Part shown: in pieces, positions 52,731 through 63,983 of the stretch
Layout of the letters: every line of letters begins with the position of its first letter
How positions within the stretch are numbered: position 1 is the first letter of the stretch
NCBI RefSeq assembly: GCF_006345805.1
Contig: NC_043008.1
Location: 76,570,001 to 76,634,000, forward strand
Length of the DNA: 64,000 nucleotides
Origin: Octopus sinensis
Lineage: Eukaryota
Reading direction: 5' to 3'
The notes under the pieces: generated by a model
Databases searched by the model: none
Seen by the model: only the letters and a program-made list of their open reading frames with translations
What the model was told of the DNA's origin: nothing
Program-made: the position numbers and the translations under genes

Positions 52731-53935
52731 GGTGTTGGCTGCTGCTTGTTTGTGAGTTCTATCTGTTATTCTCTAATGTTTCTTAGTTATTGCACTGTTT
52801 GTTGTACCTGTTGAAATTTGAACAGCTGTTAATCTGATGACTGTTATTTTCGCTCTGCGGGCGGAAAATTGTAAATTGTTTTAATATTGTTGGAAACAAC
52901 TGCTATTGAACTTTTTGTGATTTAAACTCCTACTCTTTGCAGGGTAAAAAAATTTTTTTTTTCTTTGGCAAAAATTATTTTTAGTCAAAATATTTTTGTC
53001 ATTAGTATATTCCTTTTTAAGGTATTTATTTTTCTGTAAAGTTGGAGTATGGAATTCAACGGAATGTCTAAAGAGGATTTCCCAGAAATGTAAGGAGTAA
53101 CAAACGGAGAAGCTGATAATGTAAAGCAAGTGTTTGGGGGAAAAAAACCAGTCTTTCAGCAGCCGTAGGCGGTTACATGGTAACGCTAAAGGTGACGATG
53201 ACTGAATTGTTTAAGTACAGAAATCTCGTAATCCCTCCGCAGGAAAATATAGCTGCGAGAACAGTGGTTTATAAAGCGAACAACCTAAACAAAAAAAGAA
53301 TTTTAACTTGCAACTGTGAAATAATTGAAAGGTGTCAGGCACCTACATGGAAGAAAATTGTGTACGTTGGACGTGGTAGAAGGAATGCCATGGTAGAAGC
53401 ACAGTTTGCTAATGAGAACACGGCTAAATAGTTATCAACAAGAACTTTTTAAAAAATGAAGAAATAATTCTACTAACAACGTATTTGGGTAGAAGAACGG
53501 CAAAAATAAACGTAGAACTACCAGCAGGATACGACATAATTTGGATAGCAGCAGTCATAACATATGATGTGAAGAAAAAAATAGCTATTTTACAAATGAA
53601 AATGAAAGAGGCCGAAAATTGAAAGTGGCAGACCCTCAAGGTCGTGCTTCAAGCAACCCTTGAAGTATTAGAAGGGCTGCCCAATAGGGTATTCATGGCG
53701 GAGTGGCTGACTGTGAGAGCTGCAGTAGAGGGGCGTAGGCCACGCTGCTTTAAGTGCGGCGAAAAGGGCCACGTCCGCTCTGAATGCAAGCCTAAAGAAA
53801 AAAAGAGTGAAGCATCTCCCCAAAAGAACCGCTAGAGACGGGAGAAAAAGAGAAACAAGAACTGAAATGACAAGAAAAGACAAAAGAAGTTACACAAGAA
53901 AGAACGCAAAAAAATAAGCAAGGAAGGCGGTGGGA
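52731..53935 (+). mobile_element. Tx1 LINE copy 2 (5' UTR and ORF1 only)
   Basis: Diverged homolog of 47427-48500, including VEGRRPRCFKCGEKGHVRSEC. Confidence 0.85.
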
Positions 53936-53944
53936 TTTTTCTTA

Positions 53945-54789
53945 GAAGCGGCTGCTATTGAACTTTTTGTGATTCGAACACTTTGATTTTTTGCCCTTTG
54001 CAGGGTGAAAAGTATTGTTTTTGTGGGTAGTTTTGGCAAGGGTTATTTTTTGTCAGGAGTAATTTTTCGATTCCTTTTGAAGGAATTCCTTTTTCTCTAG
54101 AATTGCATTGTGGAGTTCAACGTGTTGTCTGGGGAGGATTCTCCGGAAATGGAGAAGGTGCCGGACGGGGAAGCCGGTGATGCGGAGCAAGTGTTTGGGG
54201 AGGGACCCATTTTTTCGGCCGCTGTGGGCGCAAATATGATAACGCTAGAGGTGACGACGGCTGGATTGTTTAAGTGCAAAAATATCGTTAAAAAGAACGG
54301 AAATGATACGAAGTTGCTCCCCATACAGGAAATTGTACGTAACATAGCTACGAGAATGGTTGTTTATAAAACGTACAACCTAAACGAAAAAGTGAGGCAT
54401 GTTTTTTATGTACTGTCGCAGTGTTGAAACAGTGTATATGGAAAACTAGAATGAAAGGAGTCGAGACGGAAACTTTCATCTCCGGTCCTGGTTTGCTGTA
54501 ATACTTCAGATATCATCTGAAGAGCAAGATAGGGCTGGAGAGAAGACACCTGTCGCGAAGTATGTTCGAGAAAAGATGGAAGGATGTGGTAAGGAAATTA
54601 ATCTCATCCATGGTTAAAAAGAAAGTATGGTGTAGCGGTTGGGCTTCATATAAAATTTGTAAATTTTTAAAATATATCATTCATCATCATATTTTAAAAA
54701 CCACTTTAAAAAGGACTCATAAGCGTACTATTTGTTTGTAACGTTCTGTTTCGTCCCATCTATGTATGATATATAATTATCGTAATAAA
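53945..54789 (+). mobile_element. Tx1 LINE copy 3, internally deleted (ORF1 start fused to ORF2 end and 3' UTR at ~54391)
   Basis: 53945-54390 resembles 52895-53295, and 54392-54789 resembles 51962-52383. Confidence 0.8.
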
Positions 54790-54996
54790 GAATCATCTCT
54801 TAGGTACATCTCATCGACAAGAACCAATAAACTCGAAACATCGATGTCTGAGATTCCTGAGAGAGGGCGATACTGAACGAACGAGGTGTTTTTACACCTT
54901 TTTACCATAAGAGAGATTTTTTTCTCCACAGTAACTGCTGTGTATTTGCCTTTAGCTGTTGAAACATGTGACGAAGATATTACAACTAAACTAAAT
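54789..54996 (+). mobile_element. Hammerhead monomer copy 3 (partial), running into microsatellite
   Basis: Homologous to 52383-52590. Confidence 0.8.
54808..54854 (+). ncRNA. Variant-core type I hammerhead
   Basis: ATCTCA-TCGACAA-GAACCAATAAACTC-GAAA-CATCGATG-TC-TGAGAT. Perfect 6-bp stem I and a GUC triplet, but stem II is weakened. Confidence 0.65.
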
Positions 54997-55018
54997 ATAT
55001 GTGTGTGTGTGTGTATGT

Positions 55019-55060
<42 letters not shown>

Positions 55061-55086
55061 TCTTCTACTATATATATATATATATA

Positions 55087-56251
55087 TCTGTATTCCATTA
55101 TTTTTTTGTTTTTTTATATTCGTCCCTTTTGCTGTCCTGGTGTCCGTATGCATTCGATCCTTCTTCCAGGAAATCTACGCTCCCAGCTTAGTTTTTCTAA
55201 TGCTCGTTGCTTAGTTTTTCTTGGAGGGCTGGCCGTGATCTAGTAATCTCAAGATTAATCAGCCGAAATTACTACGATGATCCGGTTCTTGACTGAAGAC
55301 TGAGGGTTTCGAATGTCCTGTCCGTGTTTATTGTATCGTCTTCTAAGAGTTATACGTTCTTGTCCATGTTGTATTTTTCTACATACCTTAACATATATTC
55401 CAGGCGCCACGTACCCTCTTAACATTAATGTGAGCACATATTCTTAATAACTGGTACGACTCTTTGTTTGTCTCTCCCTCTCTCTCACTTTTACTTGATC
55501 TGTCCCCTTCTCTCTCTACTCATCCTATTTTTCTCTTCTCTTTCCTCTGATTCTTTGGTCTAATCTTCCACTACCCTCCTATTTCTTCGTCTCGCTCTGC
55601 ACTCACAGGTCAATCTTCGACACCCATCCCTTCTCCTCTCTGATTCCTTCTTTCTCTCTTCTCTCTCTTTATTGCGTTTGTCCCTCCTCTCTCTCTCTCC
55701 TCTCTCTCTCTCTTCCGTTGCTTCTCTTTCTTTTCTTTTCTCTCTTCTCTGTCACGTGACTGCTGGCCGAAATCTGCCTTTCAGCTTCTGACCAGCGTCG
55801 TGTTAACATCGTTGTTTTTCGTCCGCCGCTATAGGCATCGCCGATAAGGCTCCTTTCCTTGCGCCAGAGAAAAAAAAAATTTGTTTGCTTGTTATCAGTC
55901 GTAAGACACTTGTTGTTGTTTTCACCGTTAATGCTTCTGTATTTCATGTTTCTGTATTCCATTATTTTTTTGTTTTTTTATATTCGTCCCTTTTGCTGTC
56001 CTGGTGTCCGTATGCATTCGATCCTTCTTCCAGGAAATCTACGCTCCCAGCTTAGTTTTTCTAATGCTCGTTGCTTAGTTTTTCTTGGAGGGCTGGCCGT
56101 GATCTAGTAATCTCAAGATTAATCAGCCGAAATTACTACGATGATCCGGTTCTTGACTGAAGACTGAGGGTTTCGAATGTCCTGTCCGTGTTTATTGTAT
56201 CGTCTTCTAAGAGTTATACGTTCTTGTCCATGTTGTATTTTTCTACATACC

Positions 56252-56255
<4 letters not shown>
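55087..56255. mobile_element. Young non-coding element with 305-bp direct terminal repeats (864-bp period) inside (AT)n
   Basis: 55087-55391 and 55951-56255 are identical by eye. CT-rich interior, (AT)n on both sides. Confidence 0.85.
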
Positions 56256-56285
<30 letters not shown>

Positions 56286-56288
<3 letters not shown>

Positions 56289-56595
56289 TCTTCTACTATA
56301 GCCTCGGGCCGACCAACGCCTTGTGAGTGGATTTGGTAGACGGAAACTGAAAAAAGCCCGTCATATATATGTATATATATTTATGTGTGTGTATGTGTTT
56401 GTCCCCTCAACATCGCTTGACAACCGATGCTGCTGTGTTTATGTCCCCGTAACTTAGCGGTTCGTCAAAAGAGCCCGATAGAATAAGTACTAGGCTTACA
56501 AAGAATAAGTCCTGTGGTCAATTTGCTCGACTAAAAGGCGGTGCTCCTGCATGGCCACAGTCACATGACTGAAACAAATAAAAGAGTAAAAGAGT
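56286..56595 (+). mobile_element. Family A SINE lacking its tRNA head
   Basis: Closely similar to 56678-56995. Confidence 0.85.
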
Positions 56596-56598
56596 ATA

Positions 56599-56995
56599 TG
56601 AGTGGCTGTGTGGTAAGTAGCTTGCTTATGAACCACATGGTTCCGGATTCAGTCCCATTGCGTGGCACCTTGGGCAGGTGTCTTCTACTACAGCCTCGGG
56701 CCGACCAAAGTCTTGTGAGTGGATTTGGTAGACGGGAACTGAAAGAATCCCGTCGTATATTTGTATATATATGTAAGTTTGTGTATATGTTTGTGTATCT
56801 GTGTTTGTCCCCCAACATTGTTTGACAACCGATGCTGATGTGTTTACGTCCCCGTAACTTAGCGTTTCGGCGAAAGAGACCGATAGAATTAGTACTAGGC
56901 TTACAAAGAGTAAGTCCTGGGGTTGATTAGCTCGGCTAAAAGGTGGTGCTCCAGCATGGACACAGTCAAATGACTGAAACAAGTAAAGGAGAATA
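56599..56995 (+). mobile_element. tRNA-derived SINE (family A), near complete
   Basis: A box TGGCTGTGTGGT, B-box-like GGATTCAGTCCC, internal microsatellite, tail GACTGAAACAAGTAAA. Multiple copies in the window. Confidence 0.85.
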
Positions 56996-57045
56996 TATAT
57001 ATATTTACATACATAAACATGTATACATACATATATACATACGTA

Positions 57046-60000
57046 CATTATTATTATGGCTGCCCACTCGTTATCGAGTATGGCCATTGCACGAAGCTTA
57101 ACTGCTACTGGTGCTGTGATCGAATATGACTTTTTAGCCCAGCGAAAGATGTACAATGTCTTGTACAGAATTGGCAACTAAAACCTTTACCGGTAATAGC
57201 CGGCTGTAGTTGTAACTGGGCTTCATGTACCTTTGCATGTCGTTTAAGTCCTCCTGCCGAATTACACTCTCTTCCACATGCCTGACAGATATGATTTGTA
57301 TGGTGTGTAACCCTACCACCAGTGGCCAGGTTGTCACTCATCTGTCTAACTTTATGACTACGAAGATGACTCTTGAGTCCAGCTTTACTGAGGCAGGGTC
57401 TTGCACAGACACTGCATGTCAGCATCATAGGAAGACCCTTCCCATCTGGAAGTGTAACAGCGATGCCCTTCCTGACATCCCTCCTTACTTTCTCATGTGC
57501 AACTCGAGATTTCTCAAAAGTGGTTGTCCCCTCGTGCACAATTCTTCTCCACCTGCTACGATCAATAGCTATGCCATGTGTCAGGAGAGATGCAAGCATC
57601 TCTTAAGGAAGCCTTCAGCAAGTCCTTATATCTCTTTTTTTGGTTTATGTGGAGGTCGTTCTCCTTTAGCTAACTCTCCATAAAAGAGTTGTTTTGGTAT
57701 CCTTGAATCCTTCATCCTGACCAGATGACCACTCCATCTGAGCCTTTGCTTTAACACAAGAGCTTTTATACTTTCACACCGAGAGCCTTCCAATATTTCA
57801 AGATCATTGATGCGGTCCTTCCACTTAATTCCATAGATCCGTCTGAGACACATCTGATGGAAACGTTCCAGTTGTTTAAGGTTGTATCGATATGTGATCC
57901 ACGTCTCGCAGGCATAGGGAAGAGAAGGGAGCACACATGTCTTGTACACCTTTATCTTTGTCTTTCTGCATATATCTCGCCGACTCCAGAAGCGCTTTTC
58001 TAGCCTTCCGAAAGCAACACTTGCTTTCCTAATTCTATAAGGAATTTCATCATCCAAATTGCTATATCTATTAATAGTGCTTCCCAGGTAGACAAACTGA
58101 TCAACTACATCAAGCCGTTTACCATACACATAGATATTTGGTACACTATACAACCAGGGGCAGGTTGATGCATGACAACAGTTTTCTTGAGATTGACTGT
58201 CAATCCTAAGGCAGTGCAAGCATCAGAGAAAGCATTCAAAATGTGTTGCATATCAATCTCTGTGTGTGCTACTAGCTCACAATCATCTGCATACAAAAAG
58301 TATCTCATGATAGAGGTAAATACCTTTGTTTTCGCAGCAAAGCGCCTGATATCAAATATGTTGCCAGAGGTCCGATAATGGATGTAAACACCGTATCGCA
58401 AAATATATGGAAAATAGGGTCTGTGCCAGAATATCCACCTGTTTTACTCCATTTTGTATTGAAATGGGCTCCGACATTTACCCTCTAACATTCACCCTAC
58501 CATCCATGTCTTTATGAAAAGACCTAACCAAAGCAAGAAACTTTTCAGGATACCCAAGTTTCTGGAGGACTTTCCACAATACTTTTCTGTTGACGGTATA
58601 AAAGGCTTTTGTCAGATCGACAAAAACCTGATACAAATCCAGACCCTGTTCCACACACTTCTCCTGAAGCTGTCTAGCTGAAAAGATCATATCAACAGTG
58701 CCACGTCCCACACGAAAGCCAGATTGACTTTCTAGAAGAACACAATCTGCAACGTATTTCAGCAGACGATCCAGAAGTATCCTGCATAAAACCTTTCCTA
58801 CGACAGACAGCAATGATACTCCTCTATAATTACCACAATCATTCCTGTTGCCCTTTCCCTTATACAGGACCACCATTACTGTATCTCTCCAGTCCTCAGG
58901 TACTGATTCACTAGTTCATATCTTACCAAACAAAGAGTGAAGTTTCTGCAGAAGTTTCTCACCACCATGCTGTAACAACTCCGCATGTATGCCATCCATA
59001 CCCGGAAACTTCCCATTATTCAACCTTGAGACAGCCACTGCAACTTCTTCCAACTTTGGTGGTTCTGCGAGTGCTGCCTTCACAGGTAATCCAGGGATGA
59101 GATTGAGAACATCCTCACTAACTATAGACTGCTGATTTAAAAGTTCATCAAAGTGTTCTTGCTACCTTCGCAGAATTCCTTGTGAGTCACGAAGACGTTC
59201 TTTACCATCCCTGCTTCGAAGTGGTGTCATCAGGGAAGACGTCGGTCCATAAACTTCTCACAAGAGACCATACAACGGGAGGAATGAAGAGTTTAGAGGA
59301 GAAGCTGGAGTGGCCTTTACTGTTAAGATTACTCTTGTAGACAAGTTGGAAGAATTCCCAGTCGGAATTAACGAGCGTCTTATGTCCATGAGAGTTCCTT
59401 TCGTTAAAGGAAATTATATGATCTTGGTGAGTGTGTGTGCTGCAACTATGTGCTATACTGATGACGAAAAACTTTCTTTCTACCATGCTTTGAAGGGCAT
59501 TATAAGAAATATCCTTCGGGCAGATAAAGTCGTCGTACTGGGTGACTTTAATGCTAGAGTGGGTAGGGATTTTAACACGTGGACTGTAATTGGAAAGCAT
59601 GGGGTGAGGAAGTGTAATAGTAATGGCATGCTTTTGCTGCAGATGTGTGAGGAGCTGCGTCTGTGTGTTAACAATACCATGTTTCAACTAAAGAATAAGT
59701 ATCTCATCAGCCTTCTTACTCCACCACGTATCCCTCATCTGAGAGAGCCTTTGCTTCACACGTGATTTTACGTCCTTTAGTTCCCTATGCAACACTTCTC
59801 TTTCTTGTGGCTTTGCTGAAAAATAGCGTGACAAAGTACGTCTTTTATCAGCCAATAAATAATTTATATGTTCATCATTTTCTTTAAACCAATCTTGATG
59901 CTTTCTTTGTATCAATCCCAGAACTTTCTTGCCTATATCATAAACTGACTTTTTAAGGGTCGGCCAATCCTCCCCAATATCTACAGCATCCATTTCTTCT

Positions 60001-61614
60001 CGTAAAGTTCTCTTCACACTATTACACCTAAGACGATCAACATTCAGTCTTTTAGGCAGGGTAATCCCTGCAACTCAGATTTTATGTTTTGTGACTAATT
60101 TCACTTTTGCACTACTAGGCGGTGGTCAGTCCAACACTCAGCTCCATGAAAAACACGAACACACTGCACATTCTGTCTGTCACGCACCCTAACAAGGATA
60201 TAATCCAGAATATGCCATTCTTTAGATGCAGGGTGCGTCCATATAGTCTTAAACTTATTCTTTAGTTGAAACATGGTATTGTTAACACACAGACGCAGCT
60301 CCTCACACATCTGCAGCAAAAGCATGCCATTACTATTACACTTCCTCACCCCATGCTTTCCAATTACAGTCCACGTGTTAAAATCCCTACCCACTCTAGC
60401 ATTAAAGTCACCCAGTACGACGACTTTATCTGCCCGAAGGATATTTCTTATAATGCCCTTCAAAGCATGGTAGAAAGAAAGTTTTTCGTCATCAGTATAG
60501 CACATAGTTGCAGCACACACACTCACCAAGATCATATAATTTCCTTTAACGAAAGGAACTCTCATGGACATAAGACGCTCGTTAATTCCGACTGGGAATT
60601 CTTCCAACTTGTCTACAAGAGTAGTCTTAACAGTAAAGGCCACTCCAGCTTCTCCTCTAAACTCTTCATTCCTCCCTTTCCAAAAGAATGTATATTCTCC
60701 ATAAGATTCTGTAAGATGACCATCTCCAGGTAATCTCGTCTCCGATAAAGCAGCGATGTCAAGATCATAGCGTTGAAGCTCCTTCGCAACAAGCGCAGTC
60801 CTTCTTTCAGGACATTCAGAGGACTTGCGGTCAAGCAATGTCCGTACATTCCAACAGCCAATATTCAATATTTTCTTTGGTTCTATCACAGTAGAATGAT
60901 GACGGCCGGGTTCAAACTGTGATGCTCTGGAGCCCCTGCCGGGCCAGACTCTTTCAGCTGATGTGGTTCCAGAGTCCTTACTGCCATTTATTTTTATACT
61001 GTTTTGGTACATCATTGATTTTTTGCTTTTTAAGGCTACAGCCAGCCATTCAGTTGAAACTCACAGCGCCATCAACAATCATGAATTAGTTAATAAATTT
61101 AATCAACCAATGTTGTTATCGTGCAATGCCTGTGCAAGAAGATTTTTTTAAAAGTGAAGAAAGGCTGTGCACTGAGTCAATCCCAGTCACTAAGCAACAG
61201 CAGCCATAATCCGAAAAGAAGAACAAGTCAACATCATCGGTAACCACTGAGCCGCAGGTTTTATGTCGGTGTTATCCCAGTTACCTGAGTTACCTTCTCC
61301 TAGAAGGATGCCCTAACAAAGGCTAGGAGTCCTTCACTCCCAATCGTTTAACCGCGCGATCGGGTATTCAGTCCGATTATTTCTATGTCCCCGCGCATGA
61401 TACATCCTTAAGATATTTATTGGATGGCCGTTGACTCTCAAGAGTTCCTCCGCCCTTTGACGTGTTTTGTTTTTCATCCCGTAGGGTGTCCAATAAACAC
61501 CCTCCTTACCAAGCAAGCTTGGTGGGGTTGCCGGTTTAGTCACCGACAACCCGACCATGCAACAGGTTGTACTGGGTTACATGTTACCAGTAGCACTCGA
61601 AAGTGACCTTGACA
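57046..61614 (-). mobile_element. Near full-length RTE-clade LINE (APE-RT-three C2H2 fingers), disrupted
   Basis: IGCWNVRTL, ALSETRL, LGDFNARVG, TDHRLV, GNYRGVSLL, FVDLTKAF, FLYADD, FVYLGS and RLRWSGHL. 3' stem-loop (ACTCG-ATAA-CGAGT) and a (TAA)n tail. Confidence 0.92.
59277..59700 (+). repeat. 424-bp inverted duplication of the endonuclease segment 60253-60676
   Basis: Near-exact reverse complement. The ORF track shows the same peptide on both strands. Confidence 0.95.
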
Positions 61615-61729
61615 TAACATACATACATGCATGCATACATACATACATACATACATACATACATACATACATACATACATACATACATACATACATACAT
61701 ACATACATACATACATACATACATACATA

Positions 61730-62180
61730 GTAGTTGTCTACACCTTGTGCAGAGTTTGACCACCTCCTGTACCTACATCTTAGCACCATCATAGCATCTG
61801 ATGAGGCTTTTTAAACCAGACAATGTTCTGAAAAGACACCCACATAGATTGCACCTCCGATTTGGACCACCAAGAGCTGAACATAAGTTTTGCTCTTTGT
61901 GGATCTTAAAATGCCTCTTGATGCCTCCGTTGGATTTTCAAACCTTCTGGCATACACTGCATTCAAATGTGTGCACAGGCATATAGGCAGAATAGTTGGT
62001 GGAGGTTTGTTTTCCATGCATTCGCAGATGAGATTTGAGGCCAAGAAAAGATTGTGCACACTAAAAGGTCATTGTCATTCACCATCTCGATCGTTACATT
62101 CTTCCTTAGATTTCTTTTAAGTCTTACTTGTGCCTTCCTGGCCTCTTCAAACGCTTTCACTCCACTCCACACCTTAAAAC
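61730..62180 (-). mobile_element. RTE LINE 3' fragment with zinc fingers, related to 23972-27825
   Basis: Shares the 3' end (GTTGTCTAC...GCAGAGT.TGACCACCTC.TGTACC on plus) and the finger-coding sequence. Confidence 0.7.
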
Positions 62181-62233
62181 TTATATATATATATATATAA
62201 ATTTCTATTGAATTTTTTGCTACCCTTATATTG

Positions 62234-62266
<33 letters not shown>

Positions 62267-62480
62267 ATATATATTATATATATATACATATATATATATA
62301 TTTCCGACAACGAATGTTCCAGTTGATCCGATTAACGGAACAGCCTGCTCGTGAAGTTAACGTACAAGTGGCTGAGCACTCCACAAACACGTGATGTACC
62401 CTTAACAAAGTTCCCATGGAGATTCAGTATGACACAGAATTATAGGTATAACTCATTTTTACCAGCTGTATACTTGTAGG

Positions 62481-63870
62481 TTAGAGTAGAGTGAAAAATG
62501 CAACTTTCGAAATTCGTAATAAAGAATCGATATATTGTTGAGAATTAGGGTTAAAAGAAAGGTGTATAAAGAACTTTGCGGTTAAATATTTTTTCAAGCT
62601 CCACAGCGCAATTGAATATCTTAAAAATCGCTATTTTTGATCGAAGTTTGGATTTCATGGATTATAAGCCGTAACAAATGCATATTTCTACATAGCAGAA
62701 TGCAAAACAGTAAATATAGTATCCTTAAGAGGTTGCATACCAAGTTTCAATACAGTTGACTAATATCTTGAGGTACAGCATTGACTATAAATAGAACGGG
62801 TGTGTGAACTTCTCTCCGGTGCTGCTGCAACGGTCGTTGCGTGTGGACGTAAGTCGTACGCGTGTGAAGTTTTCTGCTTTGTACCTTGTCTTTAGGCCAT
62901 TGTATTAAAATTAATGATCGTGGGAAATTCAGTGTTGTTTACATTTAATGATGACTCATAAGCCAATAACGCGTCATGATACTGAATGCCCAATATTTGG
63001 TACTCTGTGTGATCTTAACGAGCGAGTTTTGCCAACTTACAAGGATATACTAAAATGTGTTTTATTTGAACGAGAAAAAGAAAAGAATATAGTTAAGAAA
63101 GATCCTTTAATTAAACAAATTGTCGAAATTGTAGCAGAAAGATAATTCTTCTTTGGCAAAAGGCATTCATCCCTTGTGTTACGATTGAGTCAGTTAAACT
63201 GAAAATCTTAAACTTTATAAATACCAAGCATTATTAAAATCTGTGAAAAATAAAAAGGCGGGAACAATCCAGAAAACGTAAATCCCTGCAGCGGGTAGGT
63301 AGAGTTAGGGTAGGTAGGCCACATAAAACATTGTCTGCTGTGTATTTTGATGGAAGGTGAAACACAACCCTCATAAGTGAACAAAGCATTTCGTAAGAAA
63401 ACAATTCAAGAACACATTTCATTGATAGAAGAACCTAAGCCCCGCTATCTTGGGCGCTTTTCTGTTAAAACAGGTTCTGCAAAAGCCATTTCCGATGTTT
63501 TGTTGAATTATTTGGATTATAGGTTGCGATGTTACTACAGTCAATACAGGACCAAAATGAGGCACCATTAGATTTTTTGGAGTATAAACTGAAGAAGCCA
63601 TTGCATTGGCTTGTGTGTCAGCTCTACGCAAATGAGTTTTCCTTACGCCATCTTATTAAAGATCTCGACGGAAAAACTACCGGGTCTCGTGGATTTCTTG
63701 GGCCGATTGGTAAGAGACTGGAGTGACGTGAAACACTAAGTGTTGTGAAATTTAATCAGATTCCAACGGACTTACCATCAGTAGACAGAAACGATCTCAG
63801 CACTGAGCAAAAATATCTTCTTGATATACACCAGTCTATTTCTGAAGGGAAATGTTCGACTGAAATGGCA
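62481..63870 (+). mobile_element. hATm-like DNA transposon, 5' part with deleted transposase
   Basis: TTAGAGTAGAGTGAAAAATG terminus. Peptides LPTYKDILK, EHISLIEEP..YLG and LHWLVCQLYANEFSLRHL..LDGKTTG...GPIGK. Subfamily from memory. Confidence 0.7.
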
Positions 63871-63871
63871 T

Positions 63872-63983
<112 letters not shown>

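Noticed and set aside
47060-54996. DIRS-like element suggested by inverted terminal and internal complementary repeats
   Set aside because: The proteins are APE endonuclease plus non-LTR RT. No tyrosine recombinase or RNase H was seen.
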